Below, piece by piece: positions 30,066 through 40,204 of a stretch of 64,000 nt of DNA (positions within the stretch are counted from its first letter, which is position 1; each line of letters begins with the position of its first letter). Source of the DNA: an uncultured Acidobacteriota bacterium. GTDB taxonomy: Bacteria; Acidobacteriota; Thermoanaerobaculia; UBA5066; Gp7-AA6. Below the pieces are notes generated by a model. That model ran no database searches and was not told the origin of the DNA. It was given only the letters and a program-made list of their open reading frames with translations. The translations under genes and the position numbers were made by a program. The stretch lies in the NCBI GenBank assembly GCA_963764715.1, contig CAVXTP010000011.1, positions 27,979 to 91,978 on the forward strand, given 5' to 3'.

Positions 30066-30328
30066 GGGCTCTCCTTTCGTTCGGCTCTCGGATTGGGCGG
30101 GCTGACCTCAGCCCGGAATACGGGAGTCTTGCAGCGAGACTAGGAGCGGCGGCACGGTCTCCACAATTGGCCGCGGGTTCAAAGAAGGGCCAGTACTGGA
30201 TGCGGGCGGAGGGGTGTTCCGAGGGGCGGGGGAGGGTCAGGCGAGGTCAGTGCCGCCGGACCGGCCCCCGGGGCAGCACCGGGAGAGGACATCATCTGTC
30301 CGACCCCCGGCCGCACTCTGGAGTCGAG

Positions 30329-30652
30329 ATGGAACGGGACGCCGAGACTGGCCGACTCCTCGCGCCGCCCAACTGGTGCCGGCAGCGCTGGTGCCGTGAG
30401 GACGCGGGCGCCGAGCACCGGCCGGGCGACGGCTGCACGTGCGACCCGCACGGCCGCGCGGCGGGGCTCGAGGACGAGCCGCGCCTGACCATTCTCAAGG
30501 CGCATGCCTCGCGCCTTCCGGCTTTCGCGTGCCGCGCCTGCGGCCGCGCGTCGAAGCGGATGGTCGAGTACCCCGCCCTCTATTTCCGCTGCGAGCCCTG
30601 CGCCGCGGAAGACCGGTGGCCGGGCTCCGGCGGCCGAGCCGCGCGCGGCTGA
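30329..30652 (+). CDS. Small Cys-rich hypothetical protein (possible Zn-binding)
   Basis: GGAG RBS; 8 Cys including CRAC and CEPC. Confidence 0.55.
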   Translation: MERDAETGRLLAPPNWCRQRWCREDAGAEHRPGDGCTCDPHGRAAGLEDEPRLTILKAHASRLPAFACRACGRASKRMVEYPALYFRCEPCAAEDRWPGSGGRAARG

Positions 30653-30710
30653 CTCGCGTTCGATAGGCTTTCGGAGTCCGCCGGTGACCCGGGCGGGGAA
30701 GGAGCAGCCG

Positions 30711-31214
30711 ATGACCCAGGATCTCTCGACCCTCCGCAACTTCTTCGCCTTTGGCCGATGGGCGAACCGGAAGACCCTCGAATCGGCCGCCGTCCTGACG
30801 CCCGACGAGTACGCGCGTCCGGTCGGCGGCAGCTTCGGCTCGGTCCGGGGAACGCTCGTGCACATCTATGGCGCCGACTGGGTCTGGCTCGAGCGATTTC
30901 ACGGACGCTCGCCGCGAGGCATGCCCGCGGGCGACGAGGCCCTCCCGCTCGAGGACCTCGCGCGCAAGTGGAGCGAGGTCGAGGCGGAACAGGACGCGTA
31001 CGTCGCGACGCTCACGCAGGAGCGTCTGGCGGAGCCTCTGTCCTACGTCGCGTTTTCGGGAGACGCCTTCACGCGCCGGCTCGGCGACGCGCTGCTGCAT
31101 CTGGCGAACCACGGCACGTACCATCGCGGCCAGGTGGCGACGCTCCTGCGCCAGCTCGGCCACAAGCCGATCTCGACGGACTTCCTCCGCTACGTCGACG
31201 CGCTCGAGGCCTGA
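30711..31214 (+). CDS. DinB family protein
   Basis: GSFGSVRGTLVH and NHGTYHRGQ metal-binding His motifs. Confidence 0.92.
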   Translation: MTQDLSTLRNFFAFGRWANRKTLESAAVLTPDEYARPVGGSFGSVRGTLVHIYGADWVWLERFHGRSPRGMPAGDEALPLEDLARKWSEVEAEQDAYVATLTQERLAEPLSYVAFSGDAFTRRLGDALLHLANHGTYHRGQVATLLRQLGHKPISTDFLRYVDALEA

Positions 31215-31226
31215 GCCGCTCGGGGG

Positions 31227-32312
31227 CTAGGACGCCGGGACGCGGGGCCTGGCCGCCTCGAGCACCGTGATCGTGTCGGATTCGCGCTGGAGGACGTTGG
31301 CGCCGTAGCCCTGCTTCGTCAGGAACTTGAAGTCGACCTCCTGGTACGGAACGTTCGTCGGCAGCCGTTCCTTGCGGTAGACCCAGGTCTCGACGGTGTT
31401 GTTGGACGAGTCGAGCGCGGTCTTGCCGGGGCCGGAGAACCCGGCGGCCGTCGTGGCCTGCTTCCCCGAGGTCGAGCTCCCGGAGGCGCTGCCCCGGCGC
31501 TGGGCGTTCTTCGCGTCCTGCGAGCCGACGGTCGAGAGGCCGTCCGAAATGCTCGCGTCCTCTCCGGTTCGCAGGGGCTTGCGCGCCGCGTACGTCGGCG
31601 GGCCGAGGAGGACGAAGACCATGCCCCGGTCGGTCAGGCTGCCTTTCTGCTCCGCGTCGAGCGCGAGGTTGGCGTCGGCGAAGGCCGCGCGCCTCTCGAA
31701 CTCGGCGTGGTAGGTCCGGCCGTCGATCTCGGGCAGCGTCTTGCGGGCTTCCCAGAATTTCTCGACGAAGTCGGCGCGGGAGTTGCCGTCCTTCAGGCTC
31801 GCCCAGGTCTTCTTCTCGTCGTTCGTCATGATCCATTTCACGGGGCCGTCTCCCCAGAACTGGTCGACGACTTCGCCTGCGCCGGGCGGCGGCTGAAACG
31901 CCTTGTAGGCGTTGGCGAAGGAGGGGGCCCGGTCGGGATCGCCCGCGGCCGCCTTCTGGGCCTTCTCGAAGGCCGACACCGCCTTCTTCGAGTACACGGC
32001 CGAGTCGATCGAGGCCGCGGGCTGCAGCTTCAGGAAGGCGCCGAACTGCTCGACGGCCTTGTCCGACTGGCCGATGTTCGCGTCGCAGACCCCGCGATAG
32101 AAGGCGAGCGGGGCCTCGAGCTGTTTCTTCACCGCCTCCTGGCCGGGCTTGTTCGCCTCGGCCTCGAGGGCGTCGAGCGTCCTCAAGGCGTCCGCCCAGG
32201 AGCCGGCCTTGACCTCCTCCTTGGCCTTGCCGAAGAGCTCGGGAATCGACTGGGCAGCGAGTCCGGACGCGGCGGCGGCGAGGCCGGCCGCGAGAAGCAG
32301 GCTTTTGAGCAT
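31227..32312 (-). CDS. GWxTD domain-containing protein with N-terminal TPR-like region
   Basis: Signal peptide; VKWIMTNDEK, FVEKFW, ERRAAFAD, GSLTDRGMVFVLLGPP, ETWVY. Confidence 0.85.
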   Translation of the reverse strand: MLKSLLLAAGLAAAASGLAAQSIPELFGKAKEEVKAGSWADALRTLDALEAEANKPGQEAVKKQLEAPLAFYRGVCDANIGQSDKAVEQFGAFLKLQPAASIDSAVYSKKAVSAFEKAQKAAAGDPDRAPSFANAYKAFQPPPGAGEVVDQFWGDGPVKWIMTNDEKKTWASLKDGNSRADFVEKFWEARKTLPEIDGRTYHAEFERRAAFADANLALDAEQKGSLTDRGMVFVLLGPPTYAARKPLRTGEDASISDGLSTVGSQDAKNAQRRGSASGSSTSGKQATTAAGFSGPGKTALDSSNNTVETWVYRKERLPTNVPYQEVDFKFLTKQGYGANVLQRESDTITVLEAARPRVPAS

Positions 32313-32334
32313 CGGATCCCCCGGAGAAGGGATT

Positions 32335-32677
32335 CTATGCCGGCGGCCGAACGATCCCCTTCGCCGCTTCGAGCGTGTGGACGGTGTCGGATTCCCGCTG
32401 CAGGACGTTCGAGCCGTAGCCATTTTTCGTGACGAACTGGAAGTCGACCTGCTGGGAGGGGGCGCCCTTCGGGAGGGGGCGCTTAGAGCTGCTTCCCGAC
32501 CGCCTCCTGGCCGGGCTTGTTCGCCTCGGCCTCCAGCGCGTCGAGGGTCTTTGACGCGTCCGCCCACGCGGCCGACTTGATCTCCTGCTTGGCCCGGGCG
32601 AAGAGCTCGGGAATTGTCTGGGCGTGGCCGACCGACGCGAAGAGAAGAACGGCGGCCGCGAACGCTGTTCGGTTCAT
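32335..32677 (-). pseudogene. Internally deleted GWxTD paralogue
   Basis: N-terminus (…QTIPELF…KQL*) joined out of frame to the C-terminal LPKGAPSQQVDFQFVTKNGYGSNVLQRESDTVHTLEAAK; central domain missing. Confidence 0.85.
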
Positions 32678-32696
32678 GTCGGTCGACGTCCTCTCC

Positions 32697-33806
32697 TCAG
32701 GAGCTCCCGGTCTTCGCCTTCGCGGCGTCGAGAGTGTTGATGGTGTCGGACTCCCGCTGCAGAACGTTGGCGCCGTAGCCCTTCTTCGTCAGGAACTGGA
32801 AGTCGACCTGCTGGTAGGGGACCTTCTTCGGAAGCTGCTCGCGGCGGTAGTGCCAGACCTCCATCTTGTCGTCGCCGGACGCGGCGGCCTTCTTCGTCGG
32901 GGCGCTGTGCTGGGCGTTGGCGCGCGCGAGCTGGGAGGAGGTCGCGGCGCGGCCGCCGCGCGCCTGGGCCGCGGCGTGCGTCTGCCGCTCGGTGGTCTCG
33001 ACGTCGTGGCTGGTGACGGTGGACAGGCCGCCGTCGTCGGAGGCGTCGTCGCCGACGCGGAGCGGCTTGCGCCCGGCGTAGGTCGGCGGGCCGAGCAGGA
33101 TGAAGACCATGCCGCGATCGGTCAGGCTGCCGCGCTGCTCGTCCTCCTCGCCGAGGTTCACGTCGGCGAACGCGACGCGGCGCTCGAACTCCTGGCGGTA
33201 CGTGCGGCCGTCGGAGCCCGGCAGGGACTGTCGGGCGGCCCAGAACTGCACGACGAAGTCGGTGCGCGCGTTCGCGTCTCCCATCGACGGCCAGGCCTCG
33301 CGCTCCTCTTCCGTCATGATCCACTTGACCGGGCCCTCGCCCCAGTACTGATCGGCGGGGTCGCGGTCCTTTGCGTCGGCCGGCGGCTGGAACTCCTTGT
33401 AGGCCTCGGCGAGGGAGGGCGCGCGGGCGGCGGCGGCCTTCTGCGCCTTCTCGAAGGCGGCGACGGCCTTCTTCGAGTAGGTGGCCTTGTCGATCTCGGC
33501 GCCCGGCTGAAGCTTCAGGAACGCGCCGAACTGCGCGATCGCCTCGTCGGACCGGCCGAGATTGGCGTCGCAGACGCCCCGGTAGAAGGCGAGCGGCCCC
33601 TCGAGCTGCTTCCGGACCGCCTCGTTGCCCGGTTTCCCGGACTCGGCGTCCAGGGCGTCGAGCGTCTTCGTCGCGTCGGCCCAGGCGCCCGCCTTGACCT
33701 GCTCCTTCAATTTTCCGAACAGCTCCGGAATGGTCTGCGCCGATACCGATGCCGACGACGCCGCCGCGAAAAGCAGAACGGCGAGGCTCCGAACGATCTT
33801 CTTCAT
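32697..33806 (-). CDS. GWxTD domain-containing protein with N-terminal TPR-like region
   Basis: MKKIVRSLAVLL signal; GSLTDRGMVFILLGPP; close paralogue of 31227-32312. Confidence 0.85.
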   Translation of the reverse strand: MKKIVRSLAVLLFAAASSASVSAQTIPELFGKLKEQVKAGAWADATKTLDALDAESGKPGNEAVRKQLEGPLAFYRGVCDANLGRSDEAIAQFGAFLKLQPGAEIDKATYSKKAVAAFEKAQKAAAARAPSLAEAYKEFQPPADAKDRDPADQYWGEGPVKWIMTEEEREAWPSMGDANARTDFVVQFWAARQSLPGSDGRTYRQEFERRVAFADVNLGEEDEQRGSLTDRGMVFILLGPPTYAGRKPLRVGDDASDDGGLSTVTSHDVETTERQTHAAAQARGGRAATSSQLARANAQHSAPTKKAAASGDDKMEVWHYRREQLPKKVPYQQVDFQFLTKKGYGANVLQRESDTINTLDAAKAKTGSS

Positions 33807-33868
33807 GACGGCTCCCGCGGGGCGATTTCTCCCCGGCACGAGAGCAAGTTCCCGCGTGCGAAAGATCG

Positions 33869-34813
33869 TTACGGGGACTTGCGGTTCTGGACGAACTGCC
33901 AGCCGAAACGGCCTTTGATGCAGAGGTGCCCGTGAGTGACGTCGTTGTCCAGCGGAGAGGTCACCCGGACGATCGCGTTGTCCTGGACGCGCAGCTCGAG
34001 CGTGCATCCCACGCCGCAGTAGGGGCAGATGGTGTCCGTCACGGTCTGCTTCGATTCGTCCCATCGCCCGGCCTGCCGCAGGTCGTGCTCGCTCTTGAAC
34101 ATCAGGGCGCCGGTCGGGCAGACGCCGATGCAGTTGCCGCAGTAGACGCAGGCGGATCCGGGCAGCGGGGTCGCGAGCTCGGTCGAGATGCGGGCGTCGA
34201 AGCCGCGGCCCGCGACGGCGATCGCGAAGGTGTTCTGCGCCTCGACGCCGCAGGCCTGGACGCACTTGTAGCAGAGGATGCATCGGGCGTAATCGCGCAC
34301 GTAGAGGTCGTTGTCGATCTTGACCGGCTGGGCGACGGTGGCTGCGGAGCCGGGCGGCGCGGCATGGTGGTGCCCCGGCAGGGCGGCGTCGCGCTCTCCC
34401 GCCTTCGCCGGCGCCGAGGGGGGACCGTAGCGCTCGGGCACGCAGCCGTAGCGCTCCATCCAGCGGCGCACGTCGTCGGAGGCATACGCGAGGTCGACCG
34501 AGGAGGCGAGGAACTCCAGGACGACGCGCCGAGAGAGGCGCACGCGCTCGCTGTCGGTCTTGACGGCCATCTTCGGCTCGACCGGGCGCGAGCACGCCGG
34601 AACGAGGACGCGCGAGCCTTCGACCTCGACGACGCAAACGCGGCAGACGTTGACCGGCGTCAGGTTCTCGAGATAGCAGAGCGTCGGCGTGTCGATGCCC
34701 CGGGAGCGGCAGGCCTCGAGGATCGTCGTCCCCCGCGGGACCGTGACGGGCGCGCCGTCGATCGTCAGCTCGACCGGGTGCGTCGGGTCGAGGCGCCGGT
34801 CCGCCGGGATCAT
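33869..34813 (-). CDS. Fe-S subunit of NAD-linked formate dehydrogenase (2Fe-2S, 2x4Fe-4S and the molybdopterin-enzyme 4Fe-4S module)
   Basis: PTLCY..CRVCVV..VPAC; CILCYKCVQAC; CVYCGNCIGVCPTGAL; TICPYCGVGC...LCIKGRFG. Confidence 0.9.
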   Translation of the reverse strand: MIPADRRLDPTHPVELTIDGAPVTVPRGTTILEACRSRGIDTPTLCYLENLTPVNVCRVCVVEVEGSRVLVPACSRPVEPKMAVKTDSERVRLSRRVVLEFLASSVDLAYASDDVRRWMERYGCVPERYGPPSAPAKAGERDAALPGHHHAAPPGSAATVAQPVKIDNDLYVRDYARCILCYKCVQACGVEAQNTFAIAVAGRGFDARISTELATPLPGSACVYCGNCIGVCPTGALMFKSEHDLRQAGRWDESKQTVTDTICPYCGVGCTLELRVQDNAIVRVTSPLDNDVTHGHLCIKGRFGWQFVQNRKSP

Positions 34814-36667
34814 GGCTTCGCGCTCCCGAAGAGGCCGAGCCTGGCGATCGCCGACTGGATGGCGCCGGAGGCCGTCTGCCCGAGGCCGCAGATCGAGGCG
34901 TCCTTCATGGCGCGGGCCATGTCCTCGAGAAGCGCGACTTCCGTCGCGATCGAGCCGAGCGGGCGGCCGGAGGCGATCCGCGTGACGAGCTCCTCCTGGC
35001 GTTCCGTGCCGACCCGGCAGGGGACGCACTGGCCGCACGATTCGTCGCGGAAGAACGCGGCGATGCGCCGGACGGCGTCGGCGAGGTCCGCGCGCTCGTC
35101 GAAGACCATGACGACGCCCGAGCCGAGGGAGGCACCGATCGCCCGCGTGCCTTCGAAGGTCAGGGGCGTGTCGAGCGCCTCGGGCCCGACGAAGGACCCG
35201 GCCGCTCCGCCCAGGAGCACGGCGCGAAGGGCCCGGCCGCCGGGGACGCCGCCCGCCTCGTCGAGGAGCTGCCGGAGCGTTGCGCCGAACTCGACCTCGT
35301 AGACGCCGGGCCGCGCGAGATGGCCCGACAGGCAGAAGAGCTTCGGCCCGGTGGACTGGCCCGAGCCGATCGCCGCGAACGCCGCGCCGCCCTCGAGAAC
35401 GATCGGCAGAACGCACGCCAGGGTCTCGACGTTGTTGATCACCGTCGGCTTTCCGAAGAGGCCCTTCTCGACCGGAAAGGGCGGCTTGTTCCTCGGCTCG
35501 CCGCGGAAGCCCTCGATCGAGTTGAAGAGGGCGGTCTCCTCGCCGCAGATGTAGGCCCCGGCGCCGCGGCGGACCTCGAGGTCGAAGCGAAACGGGCGGC
35601 CGGCGACGGAATCTCCGAGAAGCCTTGCGCGGCGGGCCGCCGCGATCGCCGCCTCGACGACGCTCGATCGCCAGCGGGTACTCGCCGCGGACGTAGACGT
35701 AGCCGTGCTCGCAGCCCGTCGCAAAGGCGACGATCGTCATCGCCTCGACGACGGCGAACGGGTCCTCCTCCATGAGGACGCGGTCCTTGAAGGTGCCGGG
35801 CTCCGACTCGTCGGCGTTGCAGACGAGGAAGTGGGGCCTCGCCGGCTGCTTCGCCACGGCGTCCCACTTGCGGCCCGCGGGAAAGGCCGCGCCGCCGCGG
35901 CCGACGAGCTTCGACTCGAGCGCTTCGCGGATGACGCCCTCGGGGCCGAGCGCGAATGCCCGCTCGAGCGCCGCGTACCCGCCCTGCGCGCGATACTCCT
36001 CGAGGCTTCCCGGGTCGATGCGCCCGACGCGGCGCAGGAGACGGAGTTTGCCGTGCCGCGCGTCGAGCGTCTGCGGGGCGGACTGGGATCCGTTACCTCC
36101 CGCGTTGCTCCGGGCCCCGGTCGTAGGGGCGGGGCTCGTCCCCGCCCAGCCCGTCGCCGGAGCCACGACGTAGTCTCTTGTTCCCTCGCCCGCGTTCTGA
36201 ACCAGCACCGCCGGCGCGCGCTCGCAGAGCCCGAGGCACGGCGACGTGCGGAAGGCGCCCTCGGGCAGTCGCGTCTTTGCCTCGGCGCACAGCTCCTTCG
36301 CCCCCTTCAGCCGGCAGGCGAGGTCGTCGCAGACGTGGACGATCGTCTTCGGCTGCGGCTCGACCGAGAACATCGCGTAGAAGGTCGCGACTCCCCACGC
36401 CTCCGCCGGAGCGACCGACAGCCGCTGGCAGACGTAGTTCAGCGCGCCGGGCGAGATCCAGCCAACGCGCGAGTGCGCCGCCCAGAGAGCGGGCAACAGA
36501 AGATGCCGCTTCGCGCGTAGCGCGTCGCCGCCCATGGCGAGGTGCCCGTCGAGCTCCGGCCGCCGCGCGCCGCCTTCCCATCCCGAGGCCGGCGGGCCGA
36601 GGGCCGCGTCGACCGCCGCGCGCTCCTCCTCCGAGGCGGCGGCATCGGGGATGAGGTGAAGGTCCAC
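34810..36667 (-). CDS. NuoE/NuoF-like fused diaphorase subunit (FdsG/FdsB-like); 1-nt frameshift near 35660
   Basis: VCDDLAC, CLGLC (2Fe-2S); GRGGAAFP, NADESEPGTFKDR, GAYICGEETAL, ESCGQCVPCRVG, SICGLG. Confidence 0.9.
36123..36147 (+). repeat. 25-bp GTAG REP inside a coding sequence
   Basis: Identical to 28383-28407; lies in the NuoE-NuoF linker. Confidence 0.8.
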
Positions 36668-36712
36668 TCCGACTAGTCTAGATGAAGCGGGCCGGGGCCG
36701 CCGAGGCGCCGG

Positions 36713-38182
36713 CTAGGGCTTCTTCACCTCGCTCCGGGCCTTTTCGCGCGCGGCGTCCCGCTCCTTCTGCTGTTCGACGACGAGCTGGTAGGCCAGGTAG
36801 TACTTGTAGATGTTGCTGACGTAGGTCACGGTCTCGCGGCCGATCTTCTCGGACGCGATCAGCTCGACGTTGTTGAACCAGACGTTGGGGTTGAGCCCCC
36901 GTTCCTTCGCGATCCTGCGGAGCTGCGCGATCCGTCCGGGCCCGGCGTTGTACGACGCGAACGTGAAGAGCCCCTTGTTGAGCGCGTCCATCGGCTCGTT
37001 GCCGTAGTACTTGTCGAGCATGAAGCGGACGTACTTGACCCCGGCGTGGATGTTGGGGTCGATCTCGTGGATGTCGCCGACTTTCAGCTCCGCGCCGGTC
37101 GCCGGCATCACTTGCATCACGCCGACGGCGCCGACGGCGCTCTTGGCGTTCTGGTCGAGGCGCGACTCCTGGTAGCCCTGGGCGGCCATCAGGAGGGTGT
37201 CCATGTCGTACTCGGTGCAGTACTTGCGAAAGAGCGCGAGGGCGCCGTTGAACTTGGCGCGTTCCTCCGCGGAGGTCGCGCTCTTCGCGTACTTCGTGCT
37301 CTTCAGGTATTTGGCGAGGAGCTGGTTGCGTGTCGAGGAGCCTTCCGGGTAGCGCGCGAGGAACGCGTCGAGCGCCTTCTTCAGCTCCGGGCTGTTCTTG
37401 CGGATCATCCAGCCGAACTGCCCGCCGGTCCGAACCGCGGCGCCCGGGTTGAGCGTGATTTTCGTGAAGACCTGCTTCCAGAATCGCGCCCGTGTGTCGT
37501 CGACGATGGTCGCGGGGACGAGGCCGGCGTTGACCATCTCCAGGATGTCCTCGGCCTCCAGGTTGTCGGGCGCGAAACGGACCCGGACGGGCGGCTTCCC
37601 GGCCTTCTTGAGCTCGGCGTTGAGCGTCTGGATGCTTTCGTCGTAGGACGAGCCCTTCCGGATGTACACCTCGCGTCCCGAAAGATCCTGGGGCGCGCCG
37701 ACCGGGGCCTCTCCGGGCGCCGTCACCGCGATCTCGGAGACGCTGGTCGATGTCGGAGCCGAAAAGTCGACCTCCTTCAATCGATCCGGCGTGATCGTGA
37801 TGTACCCCATCGCGATGTCACCCCGGCCGTCGCGAACGTCGGCAAGCAGGTCTCCCCGGGCATCGGGCCGAAACATGACGTGGACACGGACGTGGCCCTT
37901 CTTGAGATGCTTGTTCAGGTCGTCCTCGAAGAGCTTGAAGGCGTCGTAGGCGATTCCGCGCGGCTGCCCCTTGTCGACGAAGTAGAGGGTCTTGGAATAG
38001 GGCACGACGACCCGGATCCTCCGGCGCCCGGCCCCGACCATGCCGTCGAGGTCGCCCTTCCACGTGTCCTCGGCGTATTTCTGGAGGGCGGCGTCCGAGG
38101 GTGATTGCTGCGCGACGGCAGGGGAGGAAGCCAGGAGGAGGGCGGCGCCGAGGAGAGAGATCTGACGGCTTGAGTAGAGCAT
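36713..38182 (-). CDS. MltF-like lytic transglycosylase (SBP_bac_3 plus SLT domain)
   Basis: Substrate-binding-type N-domain; AQGYQES, GAVGVMQVMP, ASYNAGPG, GRETVTYV. Confidence 0.88.
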   Translation of the reverse strand: MLYSSRQISLLGAALLLASSPAVAQQSPSDAALQKYAEDTWKGDLDGMVGAGRRRIRVVVPYSKTLYFVDKGQPRGIAYDAFKLFEDDLNKHLKKGHVRVHVMFRPDARGDLLADVRDGRGDIAMGYITITPDRLKEVDFSAPTSTSVSEIAVTAPGEAPVGAPQDLSGREVYIRKGSSYDESIQTLNAELKKAGKPPVRVRFAPDNLEAEDILEMVNAGLVPATIVDDTRARFWKQVFTKITLNPGAAVRTGGQFGWMIRKNSPELKKALDAFLARYPEGSSTRNQLLAKYLKSTKYAKSATSAEERAKFNGALALFRKYCTEYDMDTLLMAAQGYQESRLDQNAKSAVGAVGVMQVMPATGAELKVGDIHEIDPNIHAGVKYVRFMLDKYYGNEPMDALNKGLFTFASYNAGPGRIAQLRRIAKERGLNPNVWFNNVELIASEKIGRETVTYVSNIYKYYLAYQLVVEQQKERDAAREKARSEVKKP

Positions 38183-38192
38183 CCCTCCGATT

Positions 38193-40100
38193 CTATTCGC
38201 GGGCGGCCGCAGGCTCCAGCTTCTCGACGCGGATCGCCGTGGCCTTGAACTCCGCGGTGCCGGACTTGGGGTCCGTCGCGTCGATCGTGAGCAGGTTCGT
38301 GGCGACGTCGTCCTGAAAGTGGAGGGTCATGAAGGCGAGCCCGGGCCGCAGCGTCGAGTCGTAGCGGGCGGGCACGTCGACCGCGCCGCGGCGCGAGACC
38401 GCCCGGACGAGCTCGCCGTCCGCGACGCCGAGGCGCGCTCCGTCCTCGGGAGCGATGTCGAGCGATTCTCCGCGGCGAAGCGGCGACGTGTAGCCCGCCG
38501 TCTGCACGCCGGTGTTATACGAGTCCAGGCGTCGGCCCGTGGTCAGGCGGATCGGGAACTCCTCGGAGAGCTTGTCGACCGGCGGATCGTGCTCGACGGC
38601 GTGGAACGGGGCCCGCGGCCCCTCGACGGGATCCGCCCAGAGGCGCCCGTGAAGGAACGGGCTGCCGGGGTGCGACTCGTCGGGGCACGGCCACGCGATT
38701 CCCTTCAAGTCCTCGAGTCGCCGGTAGCTCATCCCGCCGTGCCACGCCGACAGCGAGCGCAGCTCGTCCCAGACCGTTTCGGCGTGGGCCGTCCCGAGCT
38801 CCGCGCCGAGGCGCCGGCCGAGCTCGACGAGGATGGCGAGGTCGGGCCGCGCGTCGCCCGGCGGTTCGAGGGCTTTGCGCACCCGCTGGACGCGGCGCTC
38901 GCTCGAAGTGACCGTGCCGTCGTCCTCGCACCAGGAGGCCGCGGCCGGCAGGACGACGTGGGCGATCTCCGCCGACTTCGTGAGGAACATGTCCTGGCAG
39001 AGGATGAAGTCGAGGCGCGAGAGCAGCTCGATCGCCCGGGTCTGGTCGGCCTCAGACTGCACGGGGTTCTCGCCCAGCACGTAGAGCGCATGAAGTTTGC
39101 CGTGCTCCATCGCCTCGAACATCTGCGACAGATGCCAGCCGTTTTTCGAAGGGATCTTCGCCTTCCAGGCCCGCTCGAACTTCGCGCGGTGCTCGGGGTT
39201 CTCGACGTCCTGGCCACCCGGCAGCTTGTTCGGCAGCGCGCCCATGTCCCCGCCGCCCTGGACGTTGTTCTGGCCGCGCAGGGGGCAGAGTCCCGACCCC
39301 CACCGGCCGACGTGGCCGGTCAGGAGCGCCAGGTTGATGAGGGCGAAGACGTTGTCGACGGCGTTGTGGTGCTCCGTGATCCCGAGCGTCCAGCAGAGCT
39401 GCGCCTTGCCCGCCTTCGCGTAGGCGTGCGCGACGTCCCGGATCGCGGCCGCCGGCACGCCCGTCTCTTTCTCGGCGTACGCCAGCGTGTACTTCTCGAC
39501 GCACGCGCGGTAGGCGTCGAACCCCTCCGTGGCGCGGCCGATGAACTCCCGGTTCTCGAGGCCCGCCGCGAGGATCTCGCGGCCCATGGCGTTGGCGAGC
39601 GCGATGTCCGAGCCGACGTCGAGGCCGAGCCACGTGTCCGCCCACTGCGCCGAGACCGTGCGCCGCGGGTCGACCACGACCAGACGGGCGCCGTTGCGCA
39701 CGCCCTGGAGGACGTGGTGGAAGTAGATCGGATGCGCTTCGCGCGCATTCGATCCCCACAGGAAGATGAAGTCGGCCTCCTCCGCCTCCCGGTAGGAGCT
39801 CGTCCCGCCCCCCGCTCCGAACACCGTCGTCAGACCGACGACGCTGGGAGCGTGTCAGGTGCGGTTGCAGCTGTCGATGTTGTTCGAGCCGAGGGCGACG
39901 CGGGCGAACTTCTCGGCGAGATAGTTCACCTCGTTGGTCGCCTTCGAGCACGAGAAGAGGCCGATCGCCTCTCCGCCGTGCGCGTCGCGAACCCGGCGGA
40001 GGCCCTCGGCGGCCCGGTCGAGGGCCTCGTCCCAGGACGCCTTCCGGAGCTTTCCGCCATCGCGAACCATCGGCTCGGTCAACCGCGTATACGGCTTCAT
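38193..40100 (-). CDS. Formate dehydrogenase catalytic Mo/W subunit, selenocysteine-containing (Sec at TGA 39855-39857)
   Basis: NNIDSCNRT-U-HAPSVVGL aligns with FdhF R-x-U-H; LRGQNNVQG; the two ORF-track fragments are in frame across one TGA; SECIS present. Confidence 0.92.
39825..39843 (-). promoter_or_regulatory. Bacterial SECIS element
   Basis: CGUCGUC-GGUCU-GACGACG hairpin starting 11 nt after the UGA; loop and spacing match E. coli fdhF SECIS as recalled. Confidence 0.88.
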
Positions 40101-40204
40101 TCCGCCTCCCGCGCCGGGAGTCCTCCCGGCGCGGTCCCAGAGTAATCCCGGGAAGGACGCCGGGGCAAACGCCGCGGCATCGCGCCCGGCCCGACGGCCG
40201 CCGC

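Noticed and set aside
39855-39857. Nonsense mutation making fdh a pseudogene
   Set aside because: The stop is at the Sec/Cys ligand position and has a correctly spaced SECIS
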